In this document: positions 43,366-53,455 of the stretch, one piece after another
How the letters are laid out: each line of letters starts with the position of its first letter
Numbering within the stretch: the stretch's first letter is position 1
IMG/VR virus record: IMGVR_UViG_3300032770_000012
Coordinates: 37,194 to 101,193 of that record
Length of the DNA stretch: 64,000 bases
Strand: one strand, 5' to 3'
Origin: a virus
The notes under the pieces: generated by a model
The model's input: only the letters and a program-made list of their open reading frames with translations
Databases searched by the model: none
Told to the model about the DNA's origin: nothing
Translations under genes and position numbers: made by a program

Positions 43366-43676
43366 TCGACATTGCCTGCAAGGACGGAATCGAGCGCACT
43401 AGGGCTCGGGTAGTCGGGAATCTAGCGGTACACTCCTCGATTTCGCGAGATGACTCGTGCTCTATAACGCACGTACCAACCGGCCTGCGGATCGCTAAGG
43501 CCAAGGATATCTCGGAGGCTGACTATATCCTGATACGGCTCTCCGCGTTGGACTGGGGATTTAAGGACCCTACCCTCTGTCCGCATGAAACCAAGGCCGA
43601 GGTTAGCCGGATACTAGGGGCCACCTTCATGCCGACTGCGCGGATTCTCGAATGGAGAAGACTGCATGCACGATAG
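43344..43676 (+). CDS. Hypothetical phage protein
   Basis: SITHVPTGLRI motif; AAGGAG RBS. Confidence 0.65.
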   Translation: MSRSGQMIDIACKDGIERTRARVVGNLAVHSSISRDDSCSITHVPTGLRIAKAKDISEADYILIRLSALDWGFKDPTLCPHETKAEVSRILGATFMPTARILEWRRLHAR

Positions 43677-43801
43677 ACCTGACACACGCACCATCAAGGG
43701 TGGGCTCGTTGAAGGTGAGGGCGTGATTCGTACCGACTGGGGACTGGCTACAGTCCGATGCGCTTACGAAATGGAGCGCGAGGATCATCCGCCAGTGATT
43801 T

Positions 43802-43834
43802 TTGTTGACAACAATCCTGCGATGCAAGTAAAAT
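43802..43834 (+). promoter_or_regulatory. Second copy of the TTGTTGACAACAAT-N5-GATGCAAGTAAAAT promoter
   Basis: 28/33 identical to 20708-20740. Confidence 0.75.
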
Positions 43835-43856
43835 CACGGACGGAGATGGATAGACC

Positions 43857-44741
43857 ATGAGCGACGAATCCACAGGCAAACAACTCATGAAAGACGGTGT
43901 TTGGCAGGTCCCTACCAACGAGCGTCCTGCCGGTTGGGAAACCATGGGCGGTCGAGAGCCGATTGCGGCATCCACCGAGGTAGTCGTTCATCAAGCTCAG
44001 GAAGTGACCCACGTCAACGCCGAGCGGATCGAGGATCTCCCGAAGATCCAGGGTACACTGATCGACTGGGTTCGCGAGAAGATCGAGCGCACCAAGGCTG
44101 AAGCGAAAGAACTTTGGGAAGCCTATCAGCACGCTCTAGCGAGAAAGTGGAAGGCCGGAACGCTCAAGAAGCACTGGAATCTGGCGGTAGGCAGGGCCGA
44201 GTATTACGAGAAGACCCTGGAGGCTCTTGAGGCGGGGTACTGTCTGTTCCCGGCGCTCCAGTGCGAGATCTTCGCGGTACGGACGGAACGCGATACGCCG
44301 ACCTACCGACATAGTTGGTTTCGATGGAATTACCACCCAGATTGGGAAGAACAGGCCGAGTTGCTTCCGACCGGAACGGGTGAATACGTTAATCCGGTTC
44401 CGCCCAAATATAGCTACGAGGATGAGCGCCAAGAGGGACAGGCAAAAGTGACCGGGCGTTCCTACAGCACTCTCTCGGAATTTGACAAGATTGCCTTCCC
44501 GTTTTCCATGTCCAAGGCGCACATCATGGATGCCGTGGGGAAAGCCATGGCCCTGAAGATCTTCGATGAGATCGGGATCATCGGGGATAAGGTGGTCAAC
44601 CGCACCAACGCCAAGCGCCGTGCCGACCCGATCATCGTTGGCCGGATTATCCATCCGAAACGCGAGGGGTTGGCTAATGGCCGGGAGAGGGCGCTGAACT
44701 TTCTGATCTCGTGGCATATAGACACTAAGGACCTGGAATAG
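43857..44741 (+). CDS. Conserved hypothetical phage protein
   Basis: 294 aa; AMALKIFDEIGI...DPIIVGRI...FLISW. Confidence 0.8.
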   Translation: MSDESTGKQLMKDGVWQVPTNERPAGWETMGGREPIAASTEVVVHQAQEVTHVNAERIEDLPKIQGTLIDWVREKIERTKAEAKELWEAYQHALARKWKAGTLKKHWNLAVGRAEYYEKTLEALEAGYCLFPALQCEIFAVRTERDTPTYRHSWFRWNYHPDWEEQAELLPTGTGEYVNPVPPKYSYEDERQEGQAKVTGRSYSTLSEFDKIAFPFSMSKAHIMDAVGKAMALKIFDEIGIIGDKVVNRTNAKRRADPIIVGRIIHPKREGLANGRERALNFLISWHIDTKDLE

Positions 44742-45446
44742 ATGGCTGAAAAAATCCTCAAGTTCAAACCCGACGAAGAAAAGCTACTCCAAACCCTGGT
44801 GCTCTCAGACTCCTCGCGGATCTCAGAAGTCATCCCTAAGACCATAACGGCGGAGGAACTTCACGAGAACCTGACGGTGTGCTGCCGTGCGCTCGGCAGG
44901 CTGGACCGGGCCAGCAATGTCCTGAAGCCCCTGATTGGCCGGATGCTCCTGATCGTCAAGGAGACCGAGGCGCACAAGGACATGGGGTACGCGACCTATA
45001 GCGCGTTCATCGAGGAAGAAGTTTGCGGAAAACTCGGATTGTCTCGCAGCAATCTGTACGAAGCCAGAAAGATCATCTCGGCGTTTCCCTCTCTAAGCCT
45101 GGAGCGATACGAGAAAGTCGGCCCGACCAAACTCCTGATCGCCGCTAAATTCAGCCGCCAGAGTGATACCAGTTCGACCAAATTGCTGGACAAGGCTGAA
45201 TCCATGCCGGTCAAGGAATTCCGCCAGTACGCCGCCGAACAGGGAGCCGTGGAGCCCGGCGACACGCAGGGCGGGACCATTGTGATCCAGACCAGTCTTG
45301 CGATCGCCCGGCGCTGGAAGGAATTCATCGAGAACCCCGCAGTGATCGACTACTGCGAATCTTCCAATGCCGGTTGCATCCTGGAGTGCATGTTGGATGA
45401 ATGCTCGGTGGAATTTGAGCGGGGTGTGGCGACAGGGAAGAAATAG
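44742..45446 (+). CDS. DUF3102-like HTH DNA-binding protein
   Basis: IGRMLLIVKE...GYATYSAFIEEE...LGLSRSNLYEARKI. Confidence 0.65.
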   Translation: MAEKILKFKPDEEKLLQTLVLSDSSRISEVIPKTITAEELHENLTVCCRALGRLDRASNVLKPLIGRMLLIVKETEAHKDMGYATYSAFIEEEVCGKLGLSRSNLYEARKIISAFPSLSLERYEKVGPTKLLIAAKFSRQSDTSSTKLLDKAESMPVKEFRQYAAEQGAVEPGDTQGGTIVIQTSLAIARRWKEFIENPAVIDYCESSNAGCILECMLDECSVEFERGVATGKK

Positions 45447-45450
45447 CCCG

Positions 45451-45813
45451 ATGGCGATGACCCTTCGTTCGGTCGAGAAGATTACCGGACTGGAAGTCAG
45501 GCGGCTTCCCGGCGCAGGAATGCCACTGTTCGGAGCGTACAACTCAGAAGGGTCTGCCGTTACGGTTCGATCTGGGAGAACCGAGAAAGAGGCCCTGCGG
45601 GAACTGGTCAGCGCCGTGTACAAGATCAACCGCGAAGAGGCCATGATTCGCGCAAAATTTAAATGCGAGAACTGTGGATCGCGCAAAGACCTGGAAGCGC
45701 ATCACAAGAAGTTCCGTTCGCACGGCAGGAACGACCGCGTAGAAAATCTTGAGGTGGTATGTCGTCTATGCCATGAGATTAAGCACGGTGTGGGGGGTTC
45801 GAGCCTTGGGTAA
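45451..45813 (+). CDS. HNH endonuclease
   Basis: CENCG...LEAHHKKFRSHG...VENLEVVCRLCH. Confidence 0.85.
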   Translation: MAMTLRSVEKITGLEVRRLPGAGMPLFGAYNSEGSAVTVRSGRTEKEALRELVSAVYKINREEAMIRAKFKCENCGSRKDLEAHHKKFRSHGRNDRVENLEVVCRLCHEIKHGVGGSSLG

Positions 45814-46537
45814 GCCATGGACGCAAGACGAGATCGATATCCTCAGAAGATACTTAGAGGAGACTCCTTCTCGGCAAAGAGACCCTCGCGTCATCGCGGA
45901 GAAGCTTGGAAGGACGTATGTCTCCGTTACCTTAAAGGCTAATCGGCATTTAGGACTCCGGTTCTCTCAGTTCTCGCCTGAAGAATTAGAACAGATCAGA
46001 TCTTATTACCAAACAACTCCGGTCAGGCAGTTCAATCTATCCGAGATAGCCTCGCGTATCGGCAGGCCTCGAACTAGTGTGTCGGTTATCGCCCATAAAT
46101 TAGGCCTGTCGGATCTAAAGAGACCCAAAAGAATCGTGAGACATGGAGAGCAGCATCCTGGGTGGAAGGGGGACTCTGCTACTTGTCCGGCAGCGGGGCA
46201 TAGGCGCGCTCGGGTGTTGTATCCAGATTTGGGACCTTGTGAACGCTGCAAATTGAAGCCAGCCGTCGAGCGCCATCACGTTGACGGAAATACCCTAAAC
46301 AACGCCCCGAACAACATTCAAAAACTATGTCGCCGATGCCACATGATCGTTGACGGGAGGCTGGTTAAGTTTTCCTGTCGTGAAGATGCATTAGCGTCCA
46401 GAATTTCATGGCAAACTGTCAGGGATATACGGGCTTCTATGTTGCCTCGGAGCCAATTGGCGAAGAATCACGGGGTATCTAAAACCACAATTTCTCGCAT
46501 CAAAAATAACGAGATATGGAAGGAAGCTCCCGTCTGA
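45806..46537 (+). CDS. HNH endonuclease with Myb-like and HTH domains
   Basis: WTQDEIDIL repeats; CERC...HHVDGNTLNNAPNNIQKLCRRCH; C-terminal HTH. Confidence 0.85.
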   Translation: MGKPWTQDEIDILRRYLEETPSRQRDPRVIAEKLGRTYVSVTLKANRHLGLRFSQFSPEELEQIRSYYQTTPVRQFNLSEIASRIGRPRTSVSVIAHKLGLSDLKRPKRIVRHGEQHPGWKGDSATCPAAGHRRARVLYPDLGPCERCKLKPAVERHHVDGNTLNNAPNNIQKLCRRCHMIVDGRLVKFSCREDALASRISWQTVRDIRASMLPRSQLAKNHGVSKTTISRIKNNEIWKEAPV

Positions 46538-46559
46538 TTTATCCAGACTGGACAAACCA

Positions 46560-47042
46560 ATGCCGCATCGCGTGATACCGATTGACAAATACGTTCCAGG
46601 GGATGGCGCTGTAGGGGCCGTGCATCCTCCAGGAAAGCTCTTTACGGGCAGCTTCTTTGGCCGCCATGCCTGGTCAAACAGCCACATTGTGCTGACAGGA
46701 CCAAAGCCGCTCGACCTTGAGGCCGAACCGATCCTGCCGGAAAAGTGGCTGCACGCTCTCTCGCTAGCGACGGTTGGAGACAACCCGAAAGAACAGGCGA
46801 CCCCGATCTGTGTTCACAACGCCTACGTATGGTTCGCCGAGGGATGCGTCATTGCGGTGGCCTACTACGATGCCGCCGTGACGCGCTGGCCGAACTGCAC
46901 ATTCCACTGGGACGGAAAGACCGCTGGAGTCTGGATTAGGCATCAGGGCCAACCGGCAGGCATCATCATGAGGATCAGGATTAAGGACGACGATTGGCCG
47001 GGTTGCGTTAAGGCGCTGCTACCGGCAAAGGGGCCCGCATGA
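46560..47042 (+). CDS. Hypothetical protein
   Basis: 160 aa in the plus-strand operon. Confidence 0.65.
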   Translation: MPHRVIPIDKYVPGDGAVGAVHPPGKLFTGSFFGRHAWSNSHIVLTGPKPLDLEAEPILPEKWLHALSLATVGDNPKEQATPICVHNAYVWFAEGCVIAVAYYDAAVTRWPNCTFHWDGKTAGVWIRHQGQPAGIIMRIRIKDDDWPGCVKALLPAKGPA

Positions 47043-47263
47043 TGACATTGATTCTGTATTCCTTCATAGCGATCGGATCGCTGGCTGCGCTGGTCGGCGC
47101 ATGGAGGCTGTGGATTGCCGGGAATGAACCTAGGCGCACAACCTACAAGCTACGCGAATTGATCGGGCAGGAGCCGCTGGAGGCCAAGGCGCACGCGAGA
47201 CTACTCGATGACTCGCATGTCGTTGTTCTGCCGCGATCCATCAGGAAGGCCAAGAAACGCTGA
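47039..47263 (+). CDS. Small membrane-anchored protein
   Basis: N-terminal TM; ATGA overlap. Confidence 0.55.
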   Translation: MMTLILYSFIAIGSLAALVGAWRLWIAGNEPRRTTYKLRELIGQEPLEAKAHARLLDDSHVVVLPRSIRKAKKR

Positions 47264-47279
47264 AGGGCGACCGCTGGAG

Positions 47280-47741
47280 ATGGTGCCGATGGCCGAATTC
47301 TCTTTCCCGCTCTTGGGTAAAATTCCAGCAAAGAAGAACCGGTACCGTCCCAAGCGCAAAGGATTCTACAAAGATAGAACCTTGCAGCTTGAGTTGGATC
47401 GGCTAGGCCAGCAAATTCCAGCCGAAGTCAGAGATCTAGGACTGATCCATCCCTCAATCTGTCTGCAATTCTACAAACCTCGCAATGCTGGCAGATTCGA
47501 CAAGGACAATGCGGACGTGACGATCATGGATCTACTGGTCCAGTACGGGGTATTACCGGATGATTCTACGAAATGGGCAGACGGAACGAAGACTGTCCTG
47601 CCATCCATCCCGTCCGACGAATGGAAGACGGTCATCACACTAGTGGAATCCGAGCACGGACGTTTAGGCAAGGCCGAAATGGAGCGCAGGCGATTCGAAC
47701 AGATGAAGAGGACGGCGAAACGCAAGCGGTCAGCGCGTTAG
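47280..47741 (+). CDS. RusA-like Holliday junction resolvase
   Basis: IPAKKN, RFDKDN...MDLL...GVLPDDS. Confidence 0.8.
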   Translation: MVPMAEFSFPLLGKIPAKKNRYRPKRKGFYKDRTLQLELDRLGQQIPAEVRDLGLIHPSICLQFYKPRNAGRFDKDNADVTIMDLLVQYGVLPDDSTKWADGTKTVLPSIPSDEWKTVITLVESEHGRLGKAEMERRRFEQMKRTAKRKRSAR

Positions 47742-47909
47742 AGAGCGCTTCTTTTTGCGCTTGCTGTCCGTCTCCGGCAACCTTCCAAGTTTTCTACCGT
47801 GGGCTTCCTGGATGGCTTCCTTAGCGGCTTTGCGGGTCTTCGGGTTGGGATCGTTCTTAGCGGCCCACCGTGCCCATCGGTTCTGGCGCTTCGACTTAAT
47901 AACTGGCAT
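47730..47909 (-). CDS. Small basic protein
   Basis: MPVIKSKRQNRW...LPE; GAGG RBS. Confidence 0.6.
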   Translation of the reverse strand: MPVIKSKRQNRWARWAAKNDPNPKTRKAAKEAIQEAHGRKLGRLPETDSKRKKKRSLTR

Positions 47910-47913
47910 GAAG

Positions 47914-48258
47914 TCACCTCTGCGTGAACATTCTGATGTTGCTGTGCCGGTAGTGAGAAACCGGGCCGTTAGGGGCCGGATCGAACTTCCGGTCTGGATT
48001 GGCATAGGCCGTCAGACTCTTCATCCACCTCACCATGCCGATACCAGAGGGAACGATCTGGAGCATCCTGGTGCCGCTTTTAGCGATCAACAGAGCGATA
48101 TCCGATATTTGGCTCTCCAGAACTTCATTGTTCGCCACGTTGACCTCATCGATTACGCTGAGATCCTGGCGGAGCATCTTGATGACGATCGGAAACGATT
48201 TGTGCCGGGTGGCCTGCGCACAGATGGAGCGTAGCGCATTCGTCGCCGCTGTCGTCAT
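47914..48258 (-). CDS. Hypothetical protein
   Basis: ATG 48258, ATGA overlap, GGAGG RBS. Confidence 0.6.
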   Translation of the reverse strand: MTTAATNALRSICAQATRHKSFPIVIKMLRQDLSVIDEVNVANNEVLESQISDIALLIAKSGTRMLQIVPSGIGMVRWMKSLTAYANPDRKFDPAPNGPVSHYRHSNIRMFTQR

Positions 48259-49610
48259 GGGCGAACCTCCGGGGCTTTTACGGATGAGCGCCACAACTTC
48301 AGCATCCTCTCGATGGATTGCTTGCCGCGTTCATCATCGTAGTAAGGCCGGTAGCTCTTTCCGCCAGATTTAGCAGCCTCTTTGAGCCATTCGTTCTTTT
48401 GCGCGATCGAAGCCTTCTCGAATTGCTCTGGCGTCACACCTTTTGATTTCAGGTGCGCAATGATGGATTGATCCTTGGCGGTCGCGGCCACGTCCAATTG
48501 ACCGGCACGCTGAGCGGCCCACTCCGATAGTTCCTTAGACGAGCTGGGCTCGGGTACCTTGCTTGCAGGAACGCTTTTCTCCGTTGCGGCAGTTCCCCCT
48601 TCTGACAGCGGGCGCATTTGGGATGCCGTGCGGCTGGTGGACCCTTTTGGCGCGGCTGGAGCCGGTGGAGGCGGCTCGGGCTTGGGCGCTGGCGGGGGAA
48701 CGGTTGATGCTGAGCGCGGCGGCGGGGGCGGCGGAGGCGGAGGTTCTGGTCTTGGGCTAGGCGGGGGAACGGTTGATGCTGAGCGCGGTGGTGGTGCCGG
48801 TGGTGCTGGCTCTGGCTTGGGTATTGGCGCGGGCCGAATACTCGGCGACATGGGGGCAGGCTGCGGTTTGGCGGCTGCGGTTTGGCGCGGCGCTTTTAAT
48901 TGAGCCTGGAGTTCCTTGATCGCGGCGACGCGATCCCCGGCAGTAGATGGCGCTTTGCCATGAGTTTCCTCGAATAGCTTGAAGGCTAATTCGTCACGCC
49001 CTGATTTGGGAACTCCCTCCAGGGCTTCTCCAAATTGACCCCGCAGATGGTCTAGGACCTCCAGGGCCGTACCGCCTCCCGGCATCCTGCGGATTAGGAA
49101 TCTGGCTACGGCGTTCATCTTCGGCAGTTTGCTTACGACCGCCCTGGAAGCATCCGCAGCTTCTGTCGCTACTTTTCCACCCCGCTCCATGAGGCCACCG
49201 ATACCAGCTACCGCTCTGCCAGCGTAGGGCGCTCCAGACATGAACACGTCGTAGGCGGGACCAGTGTCTATATCGGAAACCGGGGCCTCGGGATGCTCTC
49301 GGTTATACTGCTCTACCATTGGGCTGGGTCCTGTCAGAGCCTTTCGGACGGTCTCCGCTCCGCGCTCGACGTACCCAATCGGCTCTGGCGTCATACGAAC
49401 GCTTGGGCGTGTCCCTCCGCGAGGCAGCGGACCAGACCAACCTGGAGCAATATCTTCTCGAACCATGGGCTGCACATCTACGAACTGAGCGTACTGCGGG
49501 TACTTGGCCTTGACCATACGACCAAGATCCACGTTCGAGATTCCTTCGTATGCTTTTGGGTATTTCTCTTTAACGAGTTTTCCCAAATCTTCGATGGTCT
49601 GTTGCGCCAT
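48255..49610 (-). CDS. Putative internal virion/ejection protein with Pro-rich linker
   Basis: Position after pilot genes; duplicated PPPRSASTVPPP (29-bp repeat at 48691 and 48760). Confidence 0.6.
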   Translation of the reverse strand: MAQQTIEDLGKLVKEKYPKAYEGISNVDLGRMVKAKYPQYAQFVDVQPMVREDIAPGWSGPLPRGGTRPSVRMTPEPIGYVERGAETVRKALTGPSPMVEQYNREHPEAPVSDIDTGPAYDVFMSGAPYAGRAVAGIGGLMERGGKVATEAADASRAVVSKLPKMNAVARFLIRRMPGGGTALEVLDHLRGQFGEALEGVPKSGRDELAFKLFEETHGKAPSTAGDRVAAIKELQAQLKAPRQTAAAKPQPAPMSPSIRPAPIPKPEPAPPAPPPRSASTVPPPSPRPEPPPPPPPPPRSASTVPPPAPKPEPPPPAPAAPKGSTSRTASQMRPLSEGGTAATEKSVPASKVPEPSSSKELSEWAAQRAGQLDVAATAKDQSIIAHLKSKGVTPEQFEKASIAQKNEWLKEAAKSGGKSYRPYYDDERGKQSIERMLKLWRSSVKAPEVRP

Positions 49611-51883
49611 TACTGTTTCTTTAGCACTCCAAGCGGATCGTTTGTGTCGCCAGCGCCTGCCCCCCTGACGGCCTTGCCGATCGGGGATTCCTGCATTTCC
49701 TGAATGATCCCTTTAATGGAGTCCTTGAAGCCCTGTTGTTCCAGCTTCGCTTCGACGGCGATCTGATCCACCATGGCCTTGACATCGCTCATCTTGGCTT
49801 CGCTGTTCATGAGCCGATCCACGTCCTGCTGGACGGTGACCGGCAGCATGGCTCTCGACAGACCGCCACCCGCCGTGACGGTGCTGTATTGACGACGCAG
49901 GGCGTTCCAGGCAAGCCAGTATTTGCGCAAATTCGGGTCCCCAATGGTCTGGGCCGTAAGTTCTCGGAATGGCCGGTTCAGCAGTTGCATACCGGTATCG
50001 CTGATCTTGGCTCCGGTGTCGATAACCTGCTCGCCATCGAGCGTGATGATCTTGTTCAGCCGGTCGGTCGCTACATACCGCTCCATGGTGTCGGCGATGC
50101 CCTTCGCCATGCCCTTGTTGGTAATCAACGCTCCTTGCAAGCTGATCGGGTCCAGGCCGGTCAATTCGGCCAGTTTCTTCAGTCCGATCTGGACACCGGC
50201 CTGAGCCGCCTTGCCGCTTTGCGGGATAGTTCCCGATAGAGCCGAAAGTGCCTGATTGATATTGGCGGCATCCATGCTACTGATCGGCGGTTTGGGGCTC
50301 CCCGGAGGGCGCTTCTCCGGCTTCTCCTCGCCCCTGACGGAGGGAGCCTGCGGCTTTCCTCCGCCCGCTTCCGTTCCGATTCCTGGGATATTCAGGCCCG
50401 GCCCGATTCCGATCCGACCTCCAGATAGCGCCTCATCAAGTAACGCTTGTTGCTGGATGCGCCCAAGATGAATGTTTTCCCGTTCCGTGACGGCTTGACC
50501 GGCTAGTTCACGCGCCTCAAGGTCGGTTTTACCCATCTTCTTGAAAGCATAGTAGTAAGCCTGCACCATGCCGTATAGGCGCTGTTGCGTCGGGGTTGCA
50601 ACTCCTTTGGTCCCGTCTGGCATCAAATTGCCGCTGATGTCGGTGTAGCCTTTCTCTCCAGGACTCACATAAGCCTGTTCGGGCTCCTCGGCTCCGGGGC
50701 GTTGGACCCAGACCAGTTTCTTACCGGCTAACGATTGAGCCTCGGTGACTTCTCCGGAAACCCGCTGCTTGGTCTGTGGATTCCAGTATCCATCGGCCTT
50801 GCCAGCGCCGGTAATCAGAATCAGATCCGGAGCGGGTTTGCCATCAACGAGCGGCTTCTTAACCAGCACGCCCTTTGCCCCGCTTTGCGGCAATCCGATA
50901 TAGCGCTGTGCCGTGTCGTACAGCGCCGCTTCATTAGGCTGTCCAGATCCGGACGTGGCCTCTGGACGCACGGCGGGCGGCAATTGGGGTTCTCGGACCG
51001 GTGGAGGCGCGGCGGCAGCGCCAGCGGTCTGCGGTGCCTCGCCGCGTACCTGCGGTACACCGGTCTGCGCTTGCTCTGGAGGGCGAACGGCTGGTGGAGC
51101 GCCAAGTCCAAGTTCTCCGCCTAGTCGCATTCGTTCGGATTCGGAGCTTCCGGCTGCTGGGCGCACATCGAACGGTCCGAGCACGCCCTGAATGGCCGTT
51201 TGATAGCCCTTGGGATCGTATTGCTGAAGGATCTTTTCGGCCTGCTGGAATTTCGGGTTGGCCGCGATCTCTTGCTGGAAGGGTTGCCGTCCAGTCTGTT
51301 TGGTTGTTTCCTGGACCGCCTCCTGCATTAGTTGGTTTGCCCGGTTGGTCCAATTGGACTTCTGAGCCTCCGGGGCCTTACCGGCCTTCTCGCCGGTCGT
51401 CATCAGGTCGATCAGAGTGTCCTTACTGATCGCCTCACCCTTCAGTGGTCCGCCGATCATTCCCTCAAGGATCTGACTGAAGGCATGGCCTACCGGGTTG
51501 GACTGCTGGCCCTTCTTGCCCTTGCCGCCACCATCCTGAAGGTTCTCAAGGACCGATCCGGCAGCGATCTTGGCGAACTTGTTTGTGATGTCCGACTTGA
51601 ACTCGTCAGTCTTGGTGGGATCTTTAACTTGGGCGTCAACCCACTGCGCAACCCGAGATAGCGTGGAGACCTTCTCGGCCTCGCGCCGCTGGTAAGCCGC
51701 CAGCCTGCCCTGTTGGAGTCCAGAGAGGAACTTAGCGGCCAGTCCGCTAATGATTCCTAGCCTGCGCTCGTATCCGGTGAAGCCTTGATTTTGCGCCTGT
51801 TGTGCCGATTGGCTGACTTGCGGCGTAATGGCTGGAGTGAACGGCCCTTCGGTCGGAGCAAACGGATTGGGTTGAGAGGCCAC
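49610..51883 (-). CDS. Putative DNA ejection (internal virion) protein
   Basis: 757 aa, A/Q/G-rich and helical; podovirus gp20/gp16-like position. Confidence 0.6.
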   Translation of the reverse strand: MASQPNPFAPTEGPFTPAITPQVSQSAQQAQNQGFTGYERRLGIISGLAAKFLSGLQQGRLAAYQRREAEKVSTLSRVAQWVDAQVKDPTKTDEFKSDITNKFAKIAAGSVLENLQDGGGKGKKGQQSNPVGHAFSQILEGMIGGPLKGEAISKDTLIDLMTTGEKAGKAPEAQKSNWTNRANQLMQEAVQETTKQTGRQPFQQEIAANPKFQQAEKILQQYDPKGYQTAIQGVLGPFDVRPAAGSSESERMRLGGELGLGAPPAVRPPEQAQTGVPQVRGEAPQTAGAAAAPPPVREPQLPPAVRPEATSGSGQPNEAALYDTAQRYIGLPQSGAKGVLVKKPLVDGKPAPDLILITGAGKADGYWNPQTKQRVSGEVTEAQSLAGKKLVWVQRPGAEEPEQAYVSPGEKGYTDISGNLMPDGTKGVATPTQQRLYGMVQAYYYAFKKMGKTDLEARELAGQAVTERENIHLGRIQQQALLDEALSGGRIGIGPGLNIPGIGTEAGGGKPQAPSVRGEEKPEKRPPGSPKPPISSMDAANINQALSALSGTIPQSGKAAQAGVQIGLKKLAELTGLDPISLQGALITNKGMAKGIADTMERYVATDRLNKIITLDGEQVIDTGAKISDTGMQLLNRPFRELTAQTIGDPNLRKYWLAWNALRRQYSTVTAGGGLSRAMLPVTVQQDVDRLMNSEAKMSDVKAMVDQIAVEAKLEQQGFKDSIKGIIQEMQESPIGKAVRGAGAGDTNDPLGVLKKQ

Positions 51884-52225
51884 TCAGTCGCCTTTGTATG
51901 ATGAGCGTTGTAGGGAGTCCTCGAATTGCTGCCGAAGAGTGTCCAGCGCTTTTGACACGGAATCAACCTGCGACTCAAGTTTTGCGGCATGAACAGAGCC
52001 GTGCTGCTCCAGATTTTCGATCCGCCTGCCGTATTCTTCGGTCTTGACTTCTGACCGAACAGAACGCTCCGTGTTGGCGTTTAACTGGGTCTGCATCGCG
52101 GTCAGGGCTTGCATGGCATTCTTGGCCGCTTCTGACATGGTCCGAATCCCCCAGAATCCGACGACCACGATCGCCATCAGGTTGATGGCCGGAATGTATC
52201 CAATCCAGTTCTTCAGATCGTCCAT
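51884..52225 (-). CDS. TM plus coiled-coil protein (holin-like or membrane protein)
   Basis: N-terminal TM followed by coiled coil. Confidence 0.55.
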   Translation of the reverse strand: MDDLKNWIGYIPAINLMAIVVVGFWGIRTMSEAAKNAMQALTAMQTQLNANTERSVRSEVKTEEYGRRIENLEQHGSVHAAKLESQVDSVSKALDTLRQQFEDSLQRSSYKGD

Positions 52226-52231
52226 GGAGCT

Positions 52232-52789
52232 TTATTTTTTGATGGCTGCGCCAATGCCACCTGCGGCGGCTCCGGCGAGAGTACCGAGAAAATCCAAGGT
52301 GCTGCTTTTTCCGGCACCCTGCATGTTTGCGAGCGCCTGATTGGACGACGACGCCCCGGTCAACCCCGAGAGCGCAGCGCCGGTCTCCTGAAGGCTGAAT
52401 GATCCCAGGCCCGCCCCGATATTCGCCAGCTTGTCGAGCGCCCCGGTAAACGTGGTGTTCTTCAGATTCGCGACCGAACTCTGCGTGTTCTGTTCCAGGT
52501 TGGACAATGCCAGATCGCGGGCCGCGCCGGGAGAAGTGGTATCCAGGATTTGCTCTTTGGCGGTAGTCGCGCCAGAAGTAACATTTGATACAAGTGGAGC
52601 GAGAGCGGTCATCAAGCTCGTGCGATCACCCGAAGTAACGCCTGTCAGAAAGTTGATGGCTGGCGCTTCAAGTTTATTTCTGCGAGCAACGTCAGCTTCT
52701 GATTGCGCTTCCTGGGCTTTAGAAATGTCAAGTTGCTGAGAAGTTATCGCCGCCTGTTGGTTCTGAGTAGATTGCGATGGCCCGCCCAC
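52232..52789 (-). CDS. Putative pilot/DNA-transfer protein (P22 gp7-like position)
   Basis: MGG start, Q/S/A-rich, C-terminal Gly/Ala hydrophobic segment. Confidence 0.65.
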   Translation of the reverse strand: MGGPSQSTQNQQAAITSQQLDISKAQEAQSEADVARRNKLEAPAINFLTGVTSGDRTSLMTALAPLVSNVTSGATTAKEQILDTTSPGAARDLALSNLEQNTQSSVANLKNTTFTGALDKLANIGAGLGSFSLQETGAALSGLTGASSSNQALANMQGAGKSSTLDFLGTLAGAAAGGIGAAIKK

Positions 52790-52792
52790 GAT

Positions 52793-53386
52793 TTACACCG
52801 CGCCTTCTTGTCCCGTTGATGGTCTCGATTCAAACCACTGATCCTTGGTCAGATAACCCAACTGAGCCTCCGCTGGCTCGCCTTTCCAGGTTGTGAAGAA
52901 CGGAACCGTACCAACGACCGTAAAGCCAACTTTTCGGTAAAATAGGCAGGCCACATGGTTAACCACAGGCGTGGTCCCGAAGACGGCCACTAAGCCAAGA
53001 TTCTGAAACCCCCAATCAAGGCAGAGATTAGAGAACTCCTCTGGCATTCCCCCAACCCACGCTTCCTGGAGGAAGACCATGCCGACTTCACTGACCCACT
53101 GATCTTTACCGACCTGTCTCCGATTGCAGGACCAAGCCAGTCCCGCCACGCTCGCCATCGTTCCCTGATCGGACTCGATCCCGCAGACAAAGAAGCAGTT
53201 TTTATCCTGGTCATGGTTCAATGCCAGCAGAGTTTGGAGGTCCATCGGACCGGCGTGCCATACGACCTCATCCAACTTTTCGGTGCGGAGCAAGATCCAG
53301 GCTCGCGCCAGCAAATCGTCGCTCGGTCGCGCGATGATATGCAGCCGCACGCCTTTGTCGTTGATCTGGACCGACGTTTGGGCCAT
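52793..53386 (-). CDS. GNAT-fold virion assembly protein (P22 gp14-like position)
   Basis: VFGTTPVVNHVACLFYRKVGFTVVG GNAT motif B. Confidence 0.75.
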   Translation of the reverse strand: MAQTSVQINDKGVRLHIIARPSDDLLARAWILLRTEKLDEVVWHAGPMDLQTLLALNHDQDKNCFFVCGIESDQGTMASVAGLAWSCNRRQVGKDQWVSEVGMVFLQEAWVGGMPEEFSNLCLDWGFQNLGLVAVFGTTPVVNHVACLFYRKVGFTVVGTVPFFTTWKGEPAEAQLGYLTKDQWFESRPSTGQEGAV

Positions 53387-53455
53387 TGGCGTTTTGTTTT
53401 AGTCTACTCCTCAGTGCGGCACCGGTAAAGGGCTATATACTTGTAAACAATAATC

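Noticed and set aside
48560-48900. G-rich repeats on the plus strand resembling the GGY arrays
   Set aside because: The period is 3 nt and is explained by the Pro-rich linker of the minus-strand gene 48255-49610.
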